Made by a program: the position numbers and the translations under genes
Shown: positions 38,355 to 48,582 of the stretch, one piece after another
Layout of the letters: each line of letters opens with the position of its first letter
How positions within the stretch are numbered: position 1 is the first letter of the stretch
NCBI GenBank assembly: GCA_018304425.1
Contig: JAGVWE010000006.1
Span: 71,281-135,280, forward strand
DNA: 64,000 nucleotides
Direction: 5' to 3'
Source: Candidatus Iainarchaeum sp.
Lineage (GTDB): Archaea; Iainarchaeota; Iainarchaeia; Iainarchaeales; UBA10219
Notes under the pieces: generated by a model
Told to the model about the DNA's origin: nothing
Databases searched by the model: none
What the model saw: the letters and a program-made list of their open reading frames with translations, nothing else

Positions 38355-39041
38355 ATGCCACCAGAGAAGGGACTCAGCGTCATCATCCCCTGCTTCAACG
38401 AGGAAGAAAACGTCGCGGAATGCGTGAACCGCGTGCCGGCCATGCCGTGGAAGACCGAGGTCATTGTGGTGGATGACGGCAGCATCGACGACACCTCGGA
38501 AACCGCGCGCAAACTGAAGAAGCCCGGCCTCAAAGTCATCAGCTACAAGCCCAACAAGGGCAAGGGCTACGCGGTCCGCATGGGCATCGCCAAGGCAAGT
38601 CATGACGTGGTCGTCATCGTGGACGCGGACATGGCCACCATGCCCGAGGAAATCCCGGACGTGGTCAAGCCCATCATGGAAGGCAGGGCCGACTTCGTGA
38701 ACGCCTCGCGCCTGGTCTACTCCATGGAAGCGGGGGCCATGAAATGGTTTCACGTGCCCGTGAACCACTTGTTCGCCTTCCTGGTCGGCTTGCTGGTGGG
38801 AGCGCGGCTGACGGACAGCCTGTGCGGGTTCAAGGCCTTCCGGAAAAGCATGCTATTCGAGCACCTGCAGGAAGACGGCTGGCCGGACTTCGAAATGCTC
38901 ATCCAGGCGGGAAGGAACGGCATGCGCGTAGTGGAGGTGCCCACCCATTACATGGCGCGGAGGAAAGGGGCCTCCAAGATGAAGAGCTTCCGCCACGGCT
39001 TCGCCATGCTCTTGATGCTCTTGAAAGCGGTGTTCGAATGA
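38355..39041 (+). CDS. GT2 (DPM1-like) glycosyltransferase
   Basis: SVIIPCFNEE, DDGS.D, NKGKG, DAD, DSLCGFK. Confidence 0.88.
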   Translation: MPPEKGLSVIIPCFNEEENVAECVNRVPAMPWKTEVIVVDDGSIDDTSETARKLKKPGLKVISYKPNKGKGYAVRMGIAKASHDVVVIVDADMATMPEEIPDVVKPIMEGRADFVNASRLVYSMEAGAMKWFHVPVNHLFAFLVGLLVGARLTDSLCGFKAFRKSMLFEHLQEDGWPDFEMLIQAGRNGMRVVEVPTHYMARRKGASKMKSFRHGFAMLLMLLKAVFE

Positions 39042-39715
39042 GTTCGGTCAAGGAAGTGCAGGCGCACTTCGACGGCATCGCGAAAGACTACGATTATTAC
39101 AAGAAAAAGAACTGGTACTATTACCAGAACCTCAAGGAATTCTTTGCCGGGCTCATTCCCCCGGGTTCGAGCGTCCTCGAAATCGGCTGCGGCACGGGCG
39201 CCCTCCTCCACCACGTCCGGCCGAAGAGGGGATTGGGCATCGATTCCAGCCGGGCCATGCTGGAGATTGCACGGAAACGGTTCCCCGAACTCGAGTTCCG
39301 GCAAATCCCCGCCGAAGAACTGCAGGGAAAAGAGAAATTCGATTACCTGGTGATGGCCGACGTCGTCGAACACCTGTCCAACCTCGAGCAGGCCCTGGCC
39401 AAGACCGCTGGCTGCTGCCGGAAGGGCTCGGTGCTGATCATCACTTCCATCAACCCGGTCTGGGAACCCATCCTGGACCTCGCCGAAAGGCTTGGCCTGA
39501 AAATGCCGGAAGGGCCGCATGACTGGCCGGGCCAGGAAAGGCTGCGGCAATTGCTGGAACGCCAGGGCTTCCAAGCCAGGAGCACGGGCTATCGGCTGCT
39601 CATACCCAAGCACGTGCCCTTCCTCTCGGATTACGCGAACAAGCACTTCGCGCGGGTGCCCTTCCTGCGGGGCCTGGGGGTCATCCAGTTCCTGGTGGCC
39701 GAATTCAAGCCATAG
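39038..39715 (+). CDS. Class I SAM-dependent methyltransferase
   Basis: VLEIGCGTG, GIDSS, FDYL...VEH; ATG overlaps the GT2 stop. Confidence 0.85.
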   Translation: MSSVKEVQAHFDGIAKDYDYYKKKNWYYYQNLKEFFAGLIPPGSSVLEIGCGTGALLHHVRPKRGLGIDSSRAMLEIARKRFPELEFRQIPAEELQGKEKFDYLVMADVVEHLSNLEQALAKTAGCCRKGSVLIITSINPVWEPILDLAERLGLKMPEGPHDWPGQERLRQLLERQGFQARSTGYRLLIPKHVPFLSDYANKHFARVPFLRGLGVIQFLVAEFKP

Positions 39716-39753
39716 GGTTTTATTCCATTCGCGGCTCAAATCAAGGGATTTCC

Positions 39754-40284
39754 ATGGACTTGAAAGCCTGCATCCGGAAGATCCCGGACTTCCCCAAGAA
39801 AGGCATCCTCTTCTACGACATCACGACCCTGTTAAAGGACCAGGCCGCGTTGAAGCACGTCATCGACCAGGTCTACGAGCACTACATCAAGAAAGAAGCG
39901 GCCCCCGCCAAAATCGTGGCCGTGGAAAGCAGGGGCTTCATTTTCGGCGCGGCCCTCGCCTACAAACTGCACGCCGGCTTCGTCCCCGTGCGGAAACCCG
40001 GCAAGCTGCCGGCCAAAACCCTGTCCACCAGTTACGCCCTCGAATACGGGAAGGACTCGATTTGCATGCACGAAGACGCCATCGTCCAAGGCGAGCGCGT
40101 GCTCATCGTGGACGACCTGCTCGCAACGGGGGGAACGGCCAAGGCCGCCATCGACTTGGTGGAAAAATGCGGCGGCAAAGTCATCGGCCTGGCCTTCGTC
40201 GTCGAACTCGGCTTCCTGCGGGGCCGCGAAAAACTCAAGGGATACGACGTGTTCTCGCTCGTCAACTACGTGAAAGAGGAATGA
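39754..40284 (+). CDS. apt: Adenine phosphoribosyltransferase
   Basis: PDFPKKGILFYDIT, ESRGF, RKPGKLP, YALEYG, VDDLLATGGT. Confidence 0.95.
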   Translation: MDLKACIRKIPDFPKKGILFYDITTLLKDQAALKHVIDQVYEHYIKKEAAPAKIVAVESRGFIFGAALAYKLHAGFVPVRKPGKLPAKTLSTSYALEYGKDSICMHEDAIVQGERVLIVDDLLATGGTAKAAIDLVEKCGGKVIGLAFVVELGFLRGREKLKGYDVFSLVNYVKEE

Positions 40285-41066
40285 CCTTGATTGGCATCAT
40301 CGGCGGCAGCGGCTTGTACGACCCGGAACTATTGGAAAACAAGAAGACCGTGAACGCGAAAACGCCGTACGGCAAACCCTCGGACAAGATAACTACTGGC
40401 ACCATCCAAGGCGTGAAGGTCGCGTTCCTGCCCCGCCACGGCGCGAAGCACACCCTGAACCCCAGCAACATCCCTTACCGGGCCAACATCTGGGCCCTGA
40501 AGAAACTCGGCTGCCGCCGAATCCTCGCGCCCTGCGCAGTGGGCTCGCTCCAGGAAGACGTGGAACCCGGGACCCTGGTGTTCCCCGACCAGTTCATTGA
40601 CCGCACCTACAAGCGCGAAACCACGTTCTACGACAAAAAACGGGTCTGCCACATTTCGGTGGCGGAACCCTTTTGCGGCGAACTCCGCGAGCGCCTCGTC
40701 AAGTCAGCCATCCAACAGGACATCCCCTACCGCCGCGACGGCACGTATGTCTGCATCGAGGGGCCAAGGTTTTCCACCAAAGCCGAGTCAAGGCTTTACC
40801 GGGGCTGGGGCGCCCACCTCATCGGCATGACGCTCTGCCCCGAAGCCGTGCTGGCCCGGGAAGCCGAGCTATGCTATGCCCCCATCGCCATGATAACGGA
40901 TTACGACACCTTCAAGGAACAACCCGTGACCACCGAGGAAATCCTTTCCACGATGAAGGCCAATGTGGAAAAGGTCAAGAAACTCCTGCTCGACGCCATC
41001 ACGAAAATCCCCGCCGAGCGGGAGAAGTGCGGGTGCGGGAACGCGTTGAAGGGCGCACTCATCTAG
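40281..41066 (+). CDS. mtnP: 5'-methylthioadenosine phosphorylase
   Basis: GIIGGSGLY, TPYG.PS, PRHG, EGPRFSTKAES, ITDYD. Confidence 0.92.
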   Translation: MTLIGIIGGSGLYDPELLENKKTVNAKTPYGKPSDKITTGTIQGVKVAFLPRHGAKHTLNPSNIPYRANIWALKKLGCRRILAPCAVGSLQEDVEPGTLVFPDQFIDRTYKRETTFYDKKRVCHISVAEPFCGELRERLVKSAIQQDIPYRRDGTYVCIEGPRFSTKAESRLYRGWGAHLIGMTLCPEAVLAREAELCYAPIAMITDYDTFKEQPVTTEEILSTMKANVEKVKKLLLDAITKIPAEREKCGCGNALKGALI

Positions 41067-41104
41067 GCCCATGGTCGGCTCCCATAGCCAAAGGTTTAAA
41101 TAAA

Positions 41105-41130
41105 CGTTAATAGTAACTCTAATATTAACG
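41105..41130 (+). promoter_or_regulatory. Inverted-repeat operator
   Basis: CGTTAATA-N10-TATTAACG just after TTTAAATA. Confidence 0.6.
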
Positions 41131-41149
41131 CCCGCGTGGGTGGAAAACA

Positions 41150-41425
41150 ATGAAGCAGTACGTCACGAATGTGGAGCCAGCCCTCATCAAGGAAGTCGAC
41201 AAAATCGTCAAGAAGAAACAGCATTACAGTTCCCGCAACGAGTTCATCCGGGACGCCATCCGAAGCAAGGTGAAAGAACCACGGGCCATGAAACTCCGGG
41301 AAGCGCTGAGAAAAATCAGAGAAACTGCATTGAAGCGGGGTTGGAATGGAGAGATGCCAACCAAAGCGGAACGCGAAAAAATCCTGCAAGAATTTCTGAA
41401 AGAAAAAGGTCTTTCACTCGATTAA
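41150..41425 (+). CDS. Ribbon-helix-helix (CopG-like) protein
   Basis: LIKEVDKIV...YSSRNEFIRDAIR. Confidence 0.8.
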   Translation: MKQYVTNVEPALIKEVDKIVKKKQHYSSRNEFIRDAIRSKVKEPRAMKLREALRKIRETALKRGWNGEMPTKAEREKILQEFLKEKGLSLD

Positions 41426-41851
41426 GTCCCTGGGTGCTACGACGCGAATCAAACCCGCAGCAAGCACAAAATCTTTTTTGTTGAAAGTCATCAAGGCATC
41501 GCAATGGGCTTCGATGGCAATCGCTGCATGGAGGGCATCCATGGAAGGAACGCCTTTTCCGCGAAATTCCTCGGCCAAAGAAGTGCACCGCCCAGTAGAC
41601 TCGGTAACTTCGACAGATATTTCTCGCTCTCGGAAGAAATCGAGCACTTCTTGTGCGGAGTGGTATGCAATCCGCTTGATTTCCCGAAACACGTAATCAG
41701 ACAACACTACGGTAAACCGTTCCGGGCACGCGTCAAAGAAATCCTCGACGTCTTGGTACATCAACTTGAATGGCTTGCCCATGTCGGCCTTAACGAAGGC
41801 GATGAAAATGTTGGCATCCAGGTAGACACGCTGTTTAGGGGCTGGCGACAT
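41414..41851 (-). CDS. PIN-domain toxin
   Basis: VYLDANIFI...E...DALHAAIA...MTFNKKDF. Confidence 0.85.
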   Translation of the reverse strand: MSPAPKQRVYLDANIFIAFVKADMGKPFKLMYQDVEDFFDACPERFTVVLSDYVFREIKRIAYHSAQEVLDFFREREISVEVTESTGRCTSLAEEFRGKGVPSMDALHAAIAIEAHCDALMTFNKKDFVLAAGLIRVVAPRDLIE

Positions 41852-41943
41852 GCACGACCCTCCGAAGGGTTTCGGCAACGGGTGCGGTGCCAGCCATAAT
41901 AGCCACACGCCAACCAGTTTTTAGGCTTTTCGACGATTGCCGA

Positions 41944-42546
41944 TTACTTCAGGGCGCGCGCCTTTTCCAGCATCTCGACGGCGCGCTTGCCGCATTCATC
42001 CAGGGTCTTCCCCAAGCAGTAAAAGCCGTGGCCCTTGACGACCACGAAATGGGTTTGCTTGAGCGCGGACAGGACTTCCTCGACTTCCTTGCGCGTGCCG
42101 TACTCGACCTCGGACTTGGTTTCCGGAACCCCCAACGCCCTTGCATGGGCCAGGATGTCCGGGGAATGACCGTGGAACACCGCGTTCGCGTCCCGCCTCG
42201 ACCGGTAAATCGCCATGTGCACCATGGACTCGGAGCTCGGCTCGTACTTGCCGGTGACCGCGACCCGGACATCCACCATGTTCACGTCCTCGACGTTGAC
42301 GAACTCGTCTTCCACGATTTTCCCGAGGTCGGCGCCGGTGCGAGTGATGAGGCAGCCGTTCTTGTAGCGCGCCGACAGGTTGCCGGAGGTGCCGGCGCCT
42401 TCTCCCTGAGGGGGACAAAACCCCTTCGCAGCCAGCTCATGCGCCCACTTGACCAGGTCCTTGGCCTTGTCGACCTTGAAGGAAGCCCGGTTCATGAACA
42501 CGGTCTCGAACTTGGTTCCACGATAGGATTCAGGCATGTCAACCAA
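41944..42546 (-). CDS. Class II aldolase/adducin family protein
   Basis: SGNLSAR, PSSE..H, HGH, KGHG zinc ligands. Confidence 0.85.
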   Translation of the reverse strand: MVDMPESYRGTKFETVFMNRASFKVDKAKDLVKWAHELAAKGFCPPQGEGAGTSGNLSARYKNGCLITRTGADLGKIVEDEFVNVEDVNMVDVRVAVTGKYEPSSESMVHMAIYRSRRDANAVFHGHSPDILAHARALGVPETKSEVEYGTRKEVEEVLSALKQTHFVVVKGHGFYCLGKTLDECGKRAVEMLEKARALK

Positions 42547-42547
42547 T

Positions 42548-43586
<1,039 letters not shown>

Positions 43587-43603
<17 letters not shown>

Positions 43604-44132
43604 CCCGGTACCGGCGCTTGCCGCTTCGCTCTGCTGCGCCGGTGGGGTCGGGTCTGCCCGTTGCCCCAGGCCACCAGCCCTTGGGCTCCAATTGCTGGAC
43701 TACCGCATCAATGACGTCTCGGTCCTCGATGCCAAGGACATTCATAAGCCTTGCTTCCACGGCACGTGCGGCGGTGCGAAGGGATTTTTTCATAGGAATA
43801 GGAAGTTCACGAACGTCAAGCCACTGGCCCAATGCATCACGGACGCGCATGAGTTCCACAATCGGTGGCATCGCTTCCTTGAGTTCCGGCAGCTCGCGTG
43901 CAACAAAGCGATAACGCGGCACCCGGTTCAATCGCACGCCAAGCGCGACTTCCATTCTGCGAACCGCTTCCCGGGCCTGTTGCAGGCGCGCAGCCCGCGC
44001 GGCCCGTAACCGGGCAACCGCCACCGGGTTCGATTTCTTTATTTTCTTGGCAAAAATCACATAGTTCTTCGGGGCCTTCACGGGCCTTGGATGATAGTCC
44101 ATGGGGTTCGGCGGTCTGGGCTTTCGCGGCAT
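43587..44132 (-). CDS. Basic orphan protein (shared domain B)
   Basis: Own promoter element; aligns by eye with the C-terminus of 44745..46433. Confidence 0.65.
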
Positions 44133-44160
44133 TTAATCCACTATAAGAGAAGCCGTCGAA

Positions 44161-44177
44161 CTATTTAACGGTTTCGG
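44161..44177 (-). promoter_or_regulatory. CCGAAACCGTTAAATAG promoter element, copy 1
   Basis: Exact 17-mer 28 nt upstream of the 44132 ATG. Confidence 0.75.
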
Positions 44178-44255
44178 GTTCCGCCTTCCTTGCCGTTCAC
44201 TTCCATTCCTTGGCCCCCAACCTGAATTCCAGTCTTTTCCCCGGCATGCAAACCA

Positions 44256-44641
44256 CTAGCCTTGCACGTCCAGTACCCTGTACCAGCGTTCGCCGAAGGC
44301 ATCCTCCAACATGGATGCATACCCCTCCCCACAGAGGTTTTTGAGACGACGCTCCACATCCCCGTAGAGGCGCATGGCTGCCTTGGTCAATACCGTGTCC
44401 CTTTCTCCCGTATGCTGGCCAAGCCAGATAACGAGCCGCCTGGCGGCATCGCGGGCGACAAACAATTGGCGAAACGGCTCGGGTTGCGTACTGATGATAT
44501 TCACGCGCTTGCTGCGCGGAAGGCCTTTGTCCCACTTCACGGCTGGCACGGCATCGAGGGAAGACAACACGACCGTCCCTTGAACAAACCCCGATTGTAG
44601 CGGTGTTTCCTGGATTGGCCCATGCTGCCTCGGCGCGTCAT
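44256..44641 (-). pseudogene. Orphan domain-B protein, probable 1-nt frameshift near 44578
   Basis: ATG 44641 frame (MTRRGSMGQSRKHRYNRGLFK) joins the 44570 ORF frame if one base is added in the AAGGGA run. Confidence 0.45.
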
Positions 44642-44706
44642 GGAAACAATTACGCTACAGGGACTTAATTAACGTTTGCAGGCCTAGGCATCAGGCAGGC
44701 AGCGAC

Positions 44707-44723
44707 CCGAAACCGTTAAATAG
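44707..44723 (+). promoter_or_regulatory. CCGAAACCGTTAAATAG promoter element, copy 2
   Basis: Exact 17-mer 21 nt upstream of ATG 44745. Confidence 0.75.
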
Positions 44724-44744
44724 GCTGGAAGCCTTGACTATTAC

Positions 44745-46433
44745 ATGGCTTTCAGCACGCGGGGCATTCGGATGCGCAATCCGCGGACGCACCGGATGCA
44801 CTGGGTCGAGTTTGCTGGCACCGTGCCCATGAAGCAGGCACCGAGGCGCTGGATTCAGGTGCCAGAACCGAGTGCGTGGAAGCAGGAAGGCGGGAAAGAG
44901 AATGCAAGCGCGGCGTTCAAAGCATCCCACAGGGACTTGACAAAATATTATCGGGCAAAGCGGGGCGTGCACGGCCCTGGGGGCATGCCGGCGGACACGC
45001 ACCGACGCGCCACGCAATTGCTACAGTTCCTGAAAAAGTTCCCCCCCCAGCCCAGCGCCGTCGAAGTCATGGCCAACCTGGCCTTCAAGAAGGGCCTGAC
45101 CAAGAAAGCCTTGGGCCCTTGGGCCACCATGCTGCGGTGGTTCCATCAAAAAAATCCGGGCGTGGTATCGGGTTACCCGCAGTGGACGGCAGTGGCCGTG
45201 AACACGGGCACCCTGGCTAGAGTCGATGAGCTGCTGGACCGGCGGCCTGAATTGTTCGACTCCGGAAAAATCGCGGACGCCTTGTCAATCAAGCCAACCA
45301 AGACGAACATTCAAATCATCAACACGGCCGTCGCCATCCTGGATGCCATGAAATTCGTGCAACGGTGGCAGGGGGAAAACAAGGGCCGCATGCAGGTGGT
45401 GGCGTCCAGGCACCGCTTCAAGGTGCGGTCCGCCCCCTTTGACCGGTCCGTGTTCAAGGTGCTCGATGCGCTCGTGAAGGGAGCGACGACCACGGCCGAA
45501 ATAAAGGCCCAGGGAATCAAATACCCCAAGGGACCCCTCAAGCGGCTGGAAGACCACGGCTTTATCGCGGTCAGGAAAGGGAGGGCCCGGAAGTTTTCGC
45601 TCGAAGTGACAGCAGTCGGCCACGAAGCCCATTTTGGCCAAGTGAACCGAAAAAGCGGGACGATTTCGCCGGCCTTCCGGCGGTTGCTCGAAGACAAGCG
45701 GAGCCCAGGCATCCACAAACGGGCGCGGGACAAGGAAGCCCTCCGAAAGTGGGTGGAGGTGTGGGCGGCAAGGCTTGGCCCGGAAACCCCGCTTCCGCGC
45801 GTGATTGCACAAACGCTGGGAATATCACAAAAATACGTGAATTTAGTCATTTATGAGAACCGGTTTCCCTTGGTCGGTGCCGACCGCATGCCGCGCGCCC
45901 GCGCGTTTATCGCGGAGTTAAGCCGGGAAGTGCCGGGCATGGCCGAGAAATGCCAGACCATCGAAGGCGTGCTGACGAAAATGGAGGCGTTCGACCACGC
46001 CCGGCAGGCAGCGAAAGAATTCGGGAACAGGATAGCCAAGCGCTTTGGCCTCGATTTGAAAGCGCGCCCACGCCTCGAGTGGAAGGATATGGCCGTGGAA
46101 GAAATCAGGGCGTCCCGCAAACGCATCGGCGAACTGTGGAACGCGCGGCAGGAACTGGAAGAAGTGGCGAAAAGCGTGCCGAGAAAATCGCCTTCCGGCA
46201 GGCACCTCCGAAGAACGGTGCAGGCCGTGGACGCCGAACTCTGCCGGTTGACTGGTGCGGGCGACCCCAGGAGGCTGGAAAACGTACTGGTCGTCGTGGC
46301 ACCGAAGGGAACCGATTGGCACCTGTGGCTCGGCATAACCGGCTTGCCCCAACCAATTAGACGGCCCTTCAACGAGAACGAAGGCAACCGAAGGGCAGCC
46401 GCCGGGAGTAGTCGACCTTCGGCCTGGCAGTGA
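44745..46433 (+). CDS. Orphan multi-HTH protein (module A plus domain B)
   Basis: 562 aa, basic; three HTH-like segments; paralog of 46477..48012. Confidence 0.75.
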   Translation: MAFSTRGIRMRNPRTHRMHWVEFAGTVPMKQAPRRWIQVPEPSAWKQEGGKENASAAFKASHRDLTKYYRAKRGVHGPGGMPADTHRRATQLLQFLKKFPPQPSAVEVMANLAFKKGLTKKALGPWATMLRWFHQKNPGVVSGYPQWTAVAVNTGTLARVDELLDRRPELFDSGKIADALSIKPTKTNIQIINTAVAILDAMKFVQRWQGENKGRMQVVASRHRFKVRSAPFDRSVFKVLDALVKGATTTAEIKAQGIKYPKGPLKRLEDHGFIAVRKGRARKFSLEVTAVGHEAHFGQVNRKSGTISPAFRRLLEDKRSPGIHKRARDKEALRKWVEVWAARLGPETPLPRVIAQTLGISQKYVNLVIYENRFPLVGADRMPRARAFIAELSREVPGMAEKCQTIEGVLTKMEAFDHARQAAKEFGNRIAKRFGLDLKARPRLEWKDMAVEEIRASRKRIGELWNARQELEEVAKSVPRKSPSGRHLRRTVQAVDAELCRLTGAGDPRRLENVLVVVAPKGTDWHLWLGITGLPQPIRRPFNENEGNRRAAAGSSRPSAWQ

Positions 46434-46438
46434 ATCGT

Positions 46439-46455
46439 CCGAAACCGTTAAATAG
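46439..46455 (+). promoter_or_regulatory. CCGAAACCGTTAAATAG promoter element, copy 3
   Basis: Exact 17-mer 21 nt upstream of ATG 46477. Confidence 0.75.
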
Positions 46456-46476
46456 GCCGAAATGGAAGGATAATAC

Positions 46477-48012
46477 ATGGCTACCTTGCGGAAGTTCATC
46501 GGCAAAGTGCCCCTCGTCAAGCGGGTGACCATCCAGACGCGGGCAGGCCCCAGGGAAATCGTGAAGCCCGCGCTCAGGCCCTGGATGCGACAGGAAAGCA
46601 CGGCCTATGCAGGCAAAAAGGAGAATGAACCCGAAGCCAATGCCCAGTATAAGAAAGACGTAGCCGAGCTGGCGCAAGAATACGCCAAGGAAGTGGACCG
46701 TTTTGCGGGACACCCGCGTTCCCGCATTGTGGACAGCGCGCGGCGCATGGCCGAGGTGCTCGAATATTTGGCGGCCTTGCCGGAAAAACCGCACGCCAAT
46801 GAAGTGCTGGCCGGCCTGGCCTTCGCCAAAGGCCTCGAAAAAGGGCGGCTACAAGAATATGCGAATAGCCTGGTGCGACTCCAGCGGTTGCGGAAAAAAC
46901 TGTTCTACGGTTCGACCATCAAGATACGGGAACTCGTGAACGCGGACATCCTGCACAAGGTCGACGTCGTGCTGAGGCGCGCCCCCAAAATCATGAATCC
47001 CGCGGAAATCGCGGAAAAGGCTGGGATTGCATCCACGAAAATCAACCGGGATGCGGTGGCAACGGCGGTGAATGTCCTCTCCACCATGAAACTGGCACAA
47101 AAACAACCCCTGTCAGCGAAAGGGAAATCGTTCCGCGTCGTGAACGCCTGGTATAGGCACCGCGTACGGTCCTCACCCGAGGAAAACACCCAATACCAGC
47201 TCATGCAGGCACTGGCCAAGGGACCCCACACGGGGGAACAATTGCAGGAAGCATTGGATTTGCGCAGCAACAGCGGTACCCAGGAGGCTTTGAACACGGC
47301 CATCTCCAGGGGGCTTGCCACGGCCTCCCGTGGCCGCAGCGGAACGCTCGCGCTGACGATAACCGAGCTTGGCAAGGAGCTCCTCGAAGAACAAGCGGGC
47401 CGGAAGCGCATCGTTCCCCGGTTGCGACGCAAATTGCTGGGGGAAAAAAACCATGGACTGACGCCGACGGAAGAATACTCCTACCAATCGCTGTTACGGT
47501 GGGCACGCGTCCAAGCGTTCAGGGCCGAAAATCCGGGATTGACGGACGCTCAAGTCGCCGAGAGAATGGGTGAAATGAAATGGTACCCGACGTTCATTAA
47601 TCGAAAAAACTGGGTGTTGCCCGTGAACGCCCAAAGCCCGGAAGCCCGAATCCGGCGGGCGCAGAAACTCTGGCACGTCATGCGGGAACGCGATCCCAAG
47701 CTGGCCCCCTTCCTGGCCCGGAAAATCGAGGCGGATGCAGCGGCCCATGGCATCCCGGTGGAAAAGGAGGTGCCGGCCAACGGGCTACAGCAACACGTCC
47801 GCAACATGGGGTTCCGGTTGCTCAGGCCAAACGAGGAGGGACTACTACTGACGAGGCCGCAGGAAGATGCCCTAGTAGCCCGTTTTACCATGGCACCGGA
47901 AATGCAAACGCTTTCCCCGGCGGGTCACGCGGCCATGCTTGAATTCCTGGAACGCGTTACTACGCTTTCCCCGGGTGCCCTGCACAGGCTACGCCAGGCA
48001 TGGAGAGTTTGA
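46477..48012 (+). CDS. Orphan multi-HTH protein (module A, different C-terminus)
   Basis: EVLAGLAFAKGL vs EVMANLAFKKGL in the paralog; wHTH ending LTITELGKELL. Confidence 0.75.
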   Translation: MATLRKFIGKVPLVKRVTIQTRAGPREIVKPALRPWMRQESTAYAGKKENEPEANAQYKKDVAELAQEYAKEVDRFAGHPRSRIVDSARRMAEVLEYLAALPEKPHANEVLAGLAFAKGLEKGRLQEYANSLVRLQRLRKKLFYGSTIKIRELVNADILHKVDVVLRRAPKIMNPAEIAEKAGIASTKINRDAVATAVNVLSTMKLAQKQPLSAKGKSFRVVNAWYRHRVRSSPEENTQYQLMQALAKGPHTGEQLQEALDLRSNSGTQEALNTAISRGLATASRGRSGTLALTITELGKELLEEQAGRKRIVPRLRRKLLGEKNHGLTPTEEYSYQSLLRWARVQAFRAENPGLTDAQVAERMGEMKWYPTFINRKNWVLPVNAQSPEARIRRAQKLWHVMRERDPKLAPFLARKIEADAAAHGIPVEKEVPANGLQQHVRNMGFRLLRPNEEGLLLTRPQEDALVARFTMAPEMQTLSPAGHAAMLEFLERVTTLSPGALHRLRQAWRV

Positions 48013-48024
48013 ATTACCCCCCCA

Positions 48025-48528
48025 CTACCCCAACCCGCCTGCGAACAATCCGAGGCTGGCCAGGGTGACGAGGACGCCGGCTAGGAGGACGCCGAGGGCG
48101 CTGGCGAGGGCAAAGCGTTGCCAGCTCAGGTTGACGAGGTAGGCGGCCAGGGCCCCGGTCCAGACTCCGGTGCCGGGAAAGGGCACGGCGATGAACAAGG
48201 CGAGGCCCAGCCACCCGAATTTTTCGATGAAAGCATGGCTCTTGCGTTCGGCGCGGGCGGCGGCCTCGGCGTAGAGGAAGGCCAGGGGTTTGAAGCACAG
48301 GAAGCGGCCCAGGAAGAGGTGCAGGGCTTCATAGACGAGGATGCCGACCGCGAAATTGGCGGCCACGGCGACCACGAAGACGAGTTGCCAGGGCAGGCCA
48401 TAACCTGGCAGGACCCAGCCATAGCCGAGGCCCACGTCCCGGGACATGATGCCCAGGGGAATGGCTGCGCGTAACTCGAACACGGGGAGCATGGAGATAA
48501 AGGCGATTAAGGCGAGTTTAACGAGCAT
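48025..48528 (-). CDS. COG2426 / putative small multidrug export membrane protein
   Basis: SMLPVFELRAAIP, FIAVPFPGTGVWTG. Confidence 0.85.
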   Translation of the reverse strand: MLVKLALIAFISMLPVFELRAAIPLGIMSRDVGLGYGWVLPGYGLPWQLVFVVAVAANFAVGILVYEALHLFLGRFLCFKPLAFLYAEAAARAERKSHAFIEKFGWLGLALFIAVPFPGTGVWTGALAAYLVNLSWQRFALASALGVLLAGVLVTLASLGLFAGGLG

Positions 48529-48582
48529 GCAGGAGAGTGAACTGCATTAAGAATAAATAGTTGTAGTAATCAATTATAAGCG

